DNA of 64,000 nucleotides from Candidatus Omnitrophota bacterium (GTDB taxonomy: Bacteria; Omnitrophota; Gorgyraeia; Gygaellales; Profunditerraquicolaceae), in assembly GCA_030650425.1 (NCBI GenBank), contig JAUSED010000003.1, forward strand, positions 263,903 to 327,902, in the 5' to 3' direction. Positions 60,098-64,000 of this stretch are shown piece by piece (the stretch's first letter is position 1; each line of letters starts with the position of its first letter). The position numbers and the translations under genes were made by a program. Below the pieces are notes generated by a model that saw only the letters and a list, made by a program, of their open reading frames with translations, was not told the origin of the DNA and did not search any database.

Positions 60098-61360
60098 ATG
60101 AGGAACGAGAATTATTTTAAGGGCAAAATAGTTTTGATCGTTGGTTTTGGCCGCAGCGGCTTGGCTTCAGCAAACCTTCTTGATGCATTAGGCGCGCAGG
60201 TCTACCTAACCGATAATCAGGATAATCACTCTACGCGTCTAGCCCTCTCCAAATTAAAATCAAAAGAGATAAAAGTCGAATTAGGGAAGCATTCGCGGGA
60301 TTTTGTTAAGGGGAAAGATCTGGTGATTATCTCTCCGGGAGTTTCCAATCAGGCCTTGCCTATTGTTTGGGCTAAGGAAGAGAATATCCCCGTAATCAGC
60401 GAGATTGAATTAGCCTGGATTTTGTGCCCAGCGGAGGTTATCGCGATAACCGGCACTAACGGCAAGACTACCGTTACGACCTTAATCGGTAAGGCGCTTC
60501 AGAAAGCAGGGAAGAGGGCATTTGTCTGCGGAAATATCGGGAATCCTTTTTGCTCAGAGGTGGAGAGAATGAATTCCGGTGATTTTGTCTCACTTGAAAT
60601 AAGTTCTTTTCAGCTGGAGAATATCAATGCATTTAAGCCGAAGATCTCGGTTATCCTTAATCTAAGCCGCAATCACCTTGATCGCTATAAAGATATACGT
60701 GAGTATCTTACGGCTAAAAAGCATATATTTAAAAATCAAGATCTTTCAGATTATTTGGTCCTAAATTATGATGACCCGGTTATCCGCTCTTTGGCTAAAG
60801 AGGCAAAGGCAAAAGTTGTTTACTTCCGTAAAGAGGCTGGTTTAAATCCCAACGAGCAAGCGGTGTTGGCAGTAACCTCCATATTGGGTATAGATAGAGA
60901 TTTGGCCTTGCAGGTTTTTAAGGAATTCAAGGGTGTTGAGCATCGCTTGGAAGAGGTGCGCAAAGTTAACGGGGTGAGGTTTATTAATGATTCCAAATCT
61001 ACGACACCTGAGGCTACTCTCTGGGCCCTGAATAATTTAAGCGAACCTTTAGTTTTAATTGCCGGAGGAAGAGAAAAAGGGAATGATTATAGTTTAGTGT
61101 TGGAATTAGGGCGTAAAAAAATCAAAGCCGCGATTGTTATCGGAGAGGCGAAAGAAAAAATAAAGCAAGCCCTTAGCGCCGCGATTGAGGTGGAGGAGGC
61201 TCTAACCTTAGACGAAGCGGTAAGCAAGGCGATTAGGCTAGCGCGCTCAGGAGATTGCGTTTTATTCTCGCCTATGTGCAAAAGTTTTGATATGTTTTCT
61301 AACTTTGAAGAAAGAGGAATGGCCTTTAAGGCCCTAGTCTCTAATTTACCCGGAGCCTAA
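60098..61360 (+). CDS. murD: UDP-MurNAc-L-Ala--D-Glu ligase
   Basis: GFGRSG, TGTNGKTT, GNIG, EISSFQLE, NDSKST. Confidence 0.96.
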   Translation: MRNENYFKGKIVLIVGFGRSGLASANLLDALGAQVYLTDNQDNHSTRLALSKLKSKEIKVELGKHSRDFVKGKDLVIISPGVSNQALPIVWAKEENIPVISEIELAWILCPAEVIAITGTNGKTTVTTLIGKALQKAGKRAFVCGNIGNPFCSEVERMNSGDFVSLEISSFQLENINAFKPKISVILNLSRNHLDRYKDIREYLTAKKHIFKNQDLSDYLVLNYDDPVIRSLAKEAKAKVVYFRKEAGLNPNEQAVLAVTSILGIDRDLALQVFKEFKGVEHRLEEVRKVNGVRFINDSKSTTPEATLWALNNLSEPLVLIAGGREKGNDYSLVLELGRKKIKAAIVIGEAKEKIKQALSAAIEVEEALTLDEAVSKAIRLARSGDCVLFSPMCKSFDMFSNFEERGMAFKALVSNLPGA

Positions 61361-61363
61361 CCT

Positions 61364-62458
61364 ATGGTTCGTAATATCAGGATCAGTTTATTTACCGTCG
61401 CGGTCATCCTTATTAGTATAGGAGTGGTAATGATTTACAGTTCTTCCAGTATTTACGCCTGGGAGAGATATAAGGATGGATTCTTTTTTTTAAAGCGGCA
61501 CCTTAGCTTTATGCTTATAGGGACAATCTTGACTTTTTTCTTCATGAGCATTGATTACCATAAGCTTAGACAGATTGCCAGGCCCTTATTAATCATTTCA
61601 ATTATTTTATTGGTTCTAGTTTTGATTCCCGGCTTAGGCAGGGAAGTAAGCGGGGCGCGCAGATGGTTTAGATTTAAATTTTTGAGTTTTCAGCCCTCAG
61701 AGCTGGCAGGCTTAGCTATAATTATCTATCTTGCTGATTTTATCTCCCGTAAGGGCAACTCGATCAAGACTTTTTTAAAGGGATTTCTTCCGCCGATTGG
61801 TATTTTGGGGTTTTGTTCCGGGTTGATCCTTATCCAGCCGGATTTAGGAAGTACAGTAGCTATAGGCGCGGTGGTTTTGGTTATGCTTTTTGTGGCGGGA
61901 GTGCGGCCTATTTATATAGTATCTTTAATCTTAAGCAGCCTGCCGGCGCTGTATATATTGATATTTCATGTAGCTTATCGCAGGGCGCGCATTTTAGCTT
62001 TTTTAAATCCTTGGGCAGATCCTAAAGGCAGCGGTTTTCAGATCATTCAGTCGCAGTTAGCTTTGGGTTCCGGCGGGCTGTTCGGGGTGGGGCTTGGGCA
62101 TTCCAAGCAAAAATTATTTTATCTTCCCGCCGCGCATACGGATTTTATTTTTTCAATAATCGGAGAAGAGCTGGGATTATTAGGGACGGTGGGAGTGATT
62201 ATCTTATTTATTATTTTTATTCAGCAGGGGATCAAGGTGGTTAAGAATACGCCGGATAAATTCGGCTATTTCCTTGCCTTGGGGCTGGTGACGATGATCG
62301 CATTTAGGGCAGTGATCAATATAGGAGTATCCTGTGGTGTATTGCCTACCAAAGGTCTCCCCTTACCGTTTATTAGCTATGGGGGGTCTTCATTTATCTT
62401 TGATATGATCAGCGTGGGGATATTGGTCAATATCGCGCGCACCGGAGAATACCCATAA
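61364..62458 (+). CDS. ftsW: SEDS peptidoglycan polymerase FtsW
   Basis: GARRW, FQPSE, QPDLG, HTDFIFS, LPFISYGGSS. Confidence 0.96.
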   Translation: MVRNIRISLFTVAVILISIGVVMIYSSSSIYAWERYKDGFFFLKRHLSFMLIGTILTFFFMSIDYHKLRQIARPLLIISIILLVLVLIPGLGREVSGARRWFRFKFLSFQPSELAGLAIIIYLADFISRKGNSIKTFLKGFLPPIGILGFCSGLILIQPDLGSTVAIGAVVLVMLFVAGVRPIYIVSLILSSLPALYILIFHVAYRRARILAFLNPWADPKGSGFQIIQSQLALGSGGLFGVGLGHSKQKLFYLPAAHTDFIFSIIGEELGLLGTVGVIILFIIFIQQGIKVVKNTPDKFGYFLALGLVTMIAFRAVINIGVSCGVLPTKGLPLPFISYGGSSFIFDMISVGILVNIARTGEYP

Positions 62459-63540
62459 TGAAAGTCTTAGTAGCCACAGGCGCAAGCGGCGGGCATATAT
62501 TTCCCGCGGTAAGCTTTATCGACGCCCTAGAAACAAAGCACAAGGGAACAGATACGCTTTTAGTCCTTCCTAAAAGAGGCATTGGCTCAGGAATCCTGCT
62601 TGCGGATTGTAAGATAAAATATATTTCTACTTCCACCATAACTTTTAGTATTAGTACCGCTAATTTTATCGCAATAGTGAGATTCCTCAAAGGAACATGG
62701 GAAAGTTTAATGATAATTCTTGAATTTAAACCGGATATTGTGGTTGGTTTTGGAAGCCTGGATTCTATTCCCTGTTTATTGATTGCCTGGCTTTTCAGAA
62801 TTAAGACATTGATCCACGAGCAGAATGTTTTACCCGGAAGGGCAAACAGGTTATTGGCGCATTTTTGCGATCGGGTTGCCGTTTCTTTTGTCAAGACTAA
62901 AGATTACCTGAATATAAATCAGAAAAAGATAGTGGTTACGGGTAACCCTTTGCTCCGGCAGCTAAAAAAGATTGATCGAAACACGGCGTTAGATAGCTTT
63001 AGTTTAAGCAAAGATAAATTTACGGTTTTAGTTATGGGTGGTAGTCAAGGGAGCCGGCATATTAATAGCGGATTCCTTAACGCGGTAGCAAATTTAAGCG
63101 ATATTTCGATGATACAGGTTATTCATTTGGCCGGTGTTGGCGAGGTTAGAGAGGTGAAAGAAGTGTACAAAAATATAAACCTAAACCATAGGGTATATGA
63201 TTTTTTAGAGAATATGGGAGAGGCTTATAGCGCTAGCGATATAGTTATATCGCGCGCAGGCGCAACTACCATAGCGGAGTTGATATCTTTTAAACTCCCG
63301 GGGATAGTCTCCCCTTATCCTTATGCGTATGCGCATCAGTTCGAGAATGCCAAAGTTTTAGGAGATAGGGGATGTGTGATTATTATAAATGATGATCAAT
63401 TGGAAAAGGAAGTATTTAAGATTACCCTGGAAACACTTATAAATAACCGTGATAAATTAGAGAGTATGCGTTCGGGTTATAGCGGTTTATCCATGGATGG
63501 CGCGGCAAATTTATTAGCGGATGCGGTGTTAGCGTTATGA
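62458..63540 (+). CDS. murG: lipid II GlcNAc transferase
   Basis: GASGGHIFP, HEQN, GNP, GGSQG, SRAGATT, HQFENA. Confidence 0.95.
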   Translation: MKVLVATGASGGHIFPAVSFIDALETKHKGTDTLLVLPKRGIGSGILLADCKIKYISTSTITFSISTANFIAIVRFLKGTWESLMIILEFKPDIVVGFGSLDSIPCLLIAWLFRIKTLIHEQNVLPGRANRLLAHFCDRVAVSFVKTKDYLNINQKKIVVTGNPLLRQLKKIDRNTALDSFSLSKDKFTVLVMGGSQGSRHINSGFLNAVANLSDISMIQVIHLAGVGEVREVKEVYKNINLNHRVYDFLENMGEAYSASDIVISRAGATTIAELISFKLPGIVSPYPYAYAHQFENAKVLGDRGCVIIINDDQLEKEVFKITLETLINNRDKLESMRSGYSGLSMDGAANLLADAVLAL

Positions 63541-64000
63541 AAAAACATTACCATTTAATCGGTATAGGCGGAATTGGAATGAGCGGGATTGCCCAGCTGC
63601 TTTTAGCCTGTGGATACAAAGTGAGCGGATCGGACCTGAAAGAGAGCCGGATTACCGCGGGGTTAAAAAAATCCGGAGCAGAGATCTTTATCGGACATAG
63701 TGCCGGGAATATAGCCGGAGCAGAGGCGGTGGTTTATTCATCGGCAATAAGAGAAGACAACCCTGAAGTTGTAGAAGCAAGAAATTTGGGCCTGCCAGTG
63801 GTTAAGCGGGCGCAGGCCTTGGCTTCTCTTATGGAGAATAAAACCGTAATTACAATCGCCGGGAGCCACGGAAAAACTACCACCACATCTTTAGTTTCGT
63901 ATTTATTGCTGGAAGCCGGGCTTTTTCCCACGGTAGCCATTGGCGGAATCCTTAAGAATATAGCCACTAACGCCTGTCTGGGCAACGGTAAATTCTTTGT
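63537..64000 (+). CDS. murC: UDP-MurNAc--L-Ala ligase (5' part, cut by the window end)
   Basis: ATG 63537 gives MKKHYHLIGIGGIGMSGIA...VSGSD...YSSAI..NPE...AGSHGKTTTT. Confidence 0.95.
   Translation, partial: MKKHYHLIGIGGIGMSGIAQLLLACGYKVSGSDLKESRITAGLKKSGAEIFIGHSAGNIAGAEAVVYSSAIREDNPEVVEARNLGLPVVKRAQALASLMENKTVITIAGSHGKTTTTSLVSYLLLEAGLFPTVAIGGILKNIATNACLGNGKFF

Overview
Bacterial chromosomal window, almost all on the + strand and mostly housekeeping: glgA-coaE-rho-rpmE-prfA-prmC-murA-trpGDCFBA, argS-recJ, rpmB, a UvrD helicase-nuclease fusion, rpsO-pnp-ftsK-rodZ-rimO-pgsA-pgpA, an FMN-riboswitch rib operon, tRNA-Pro(CGG), acyP-ligA, a menG/menA/radical-SAM trio, xerD, a tRNA nucleotidyltransferase, rbfA-nrnA-ribF and the dcw cluster (mraZ to partial murC). 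The L28 form and the giant-protein style suggest a PVC-related lineage such as Omnitrophota; this is inference only. The main finding is a 2159-aa signal-peptide protein (35046-41525). Its ~5 kb centre is a chain of mostly unrelated, domain-sized modules, including an intact receiver domain. The modules are joined in frame at about 15 copies of a short motif conserved at the DNA level (consensus about YC-RRY-TCG-SYG-R, read as G/S/N-S-P/A/L). This looks like an intragenic cassette array. The window also holds several small palindromic REP-like elements inserted in frame into proteins (giant protein, tRNA nucleotidyltransferase) and into the FMN riboswitch. Smaller points: an ATA-initiated rsfS, probable leaderless genes, and NrdR-like boxes at the dcw promoter. 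All calls were made by eye, with no database searches.
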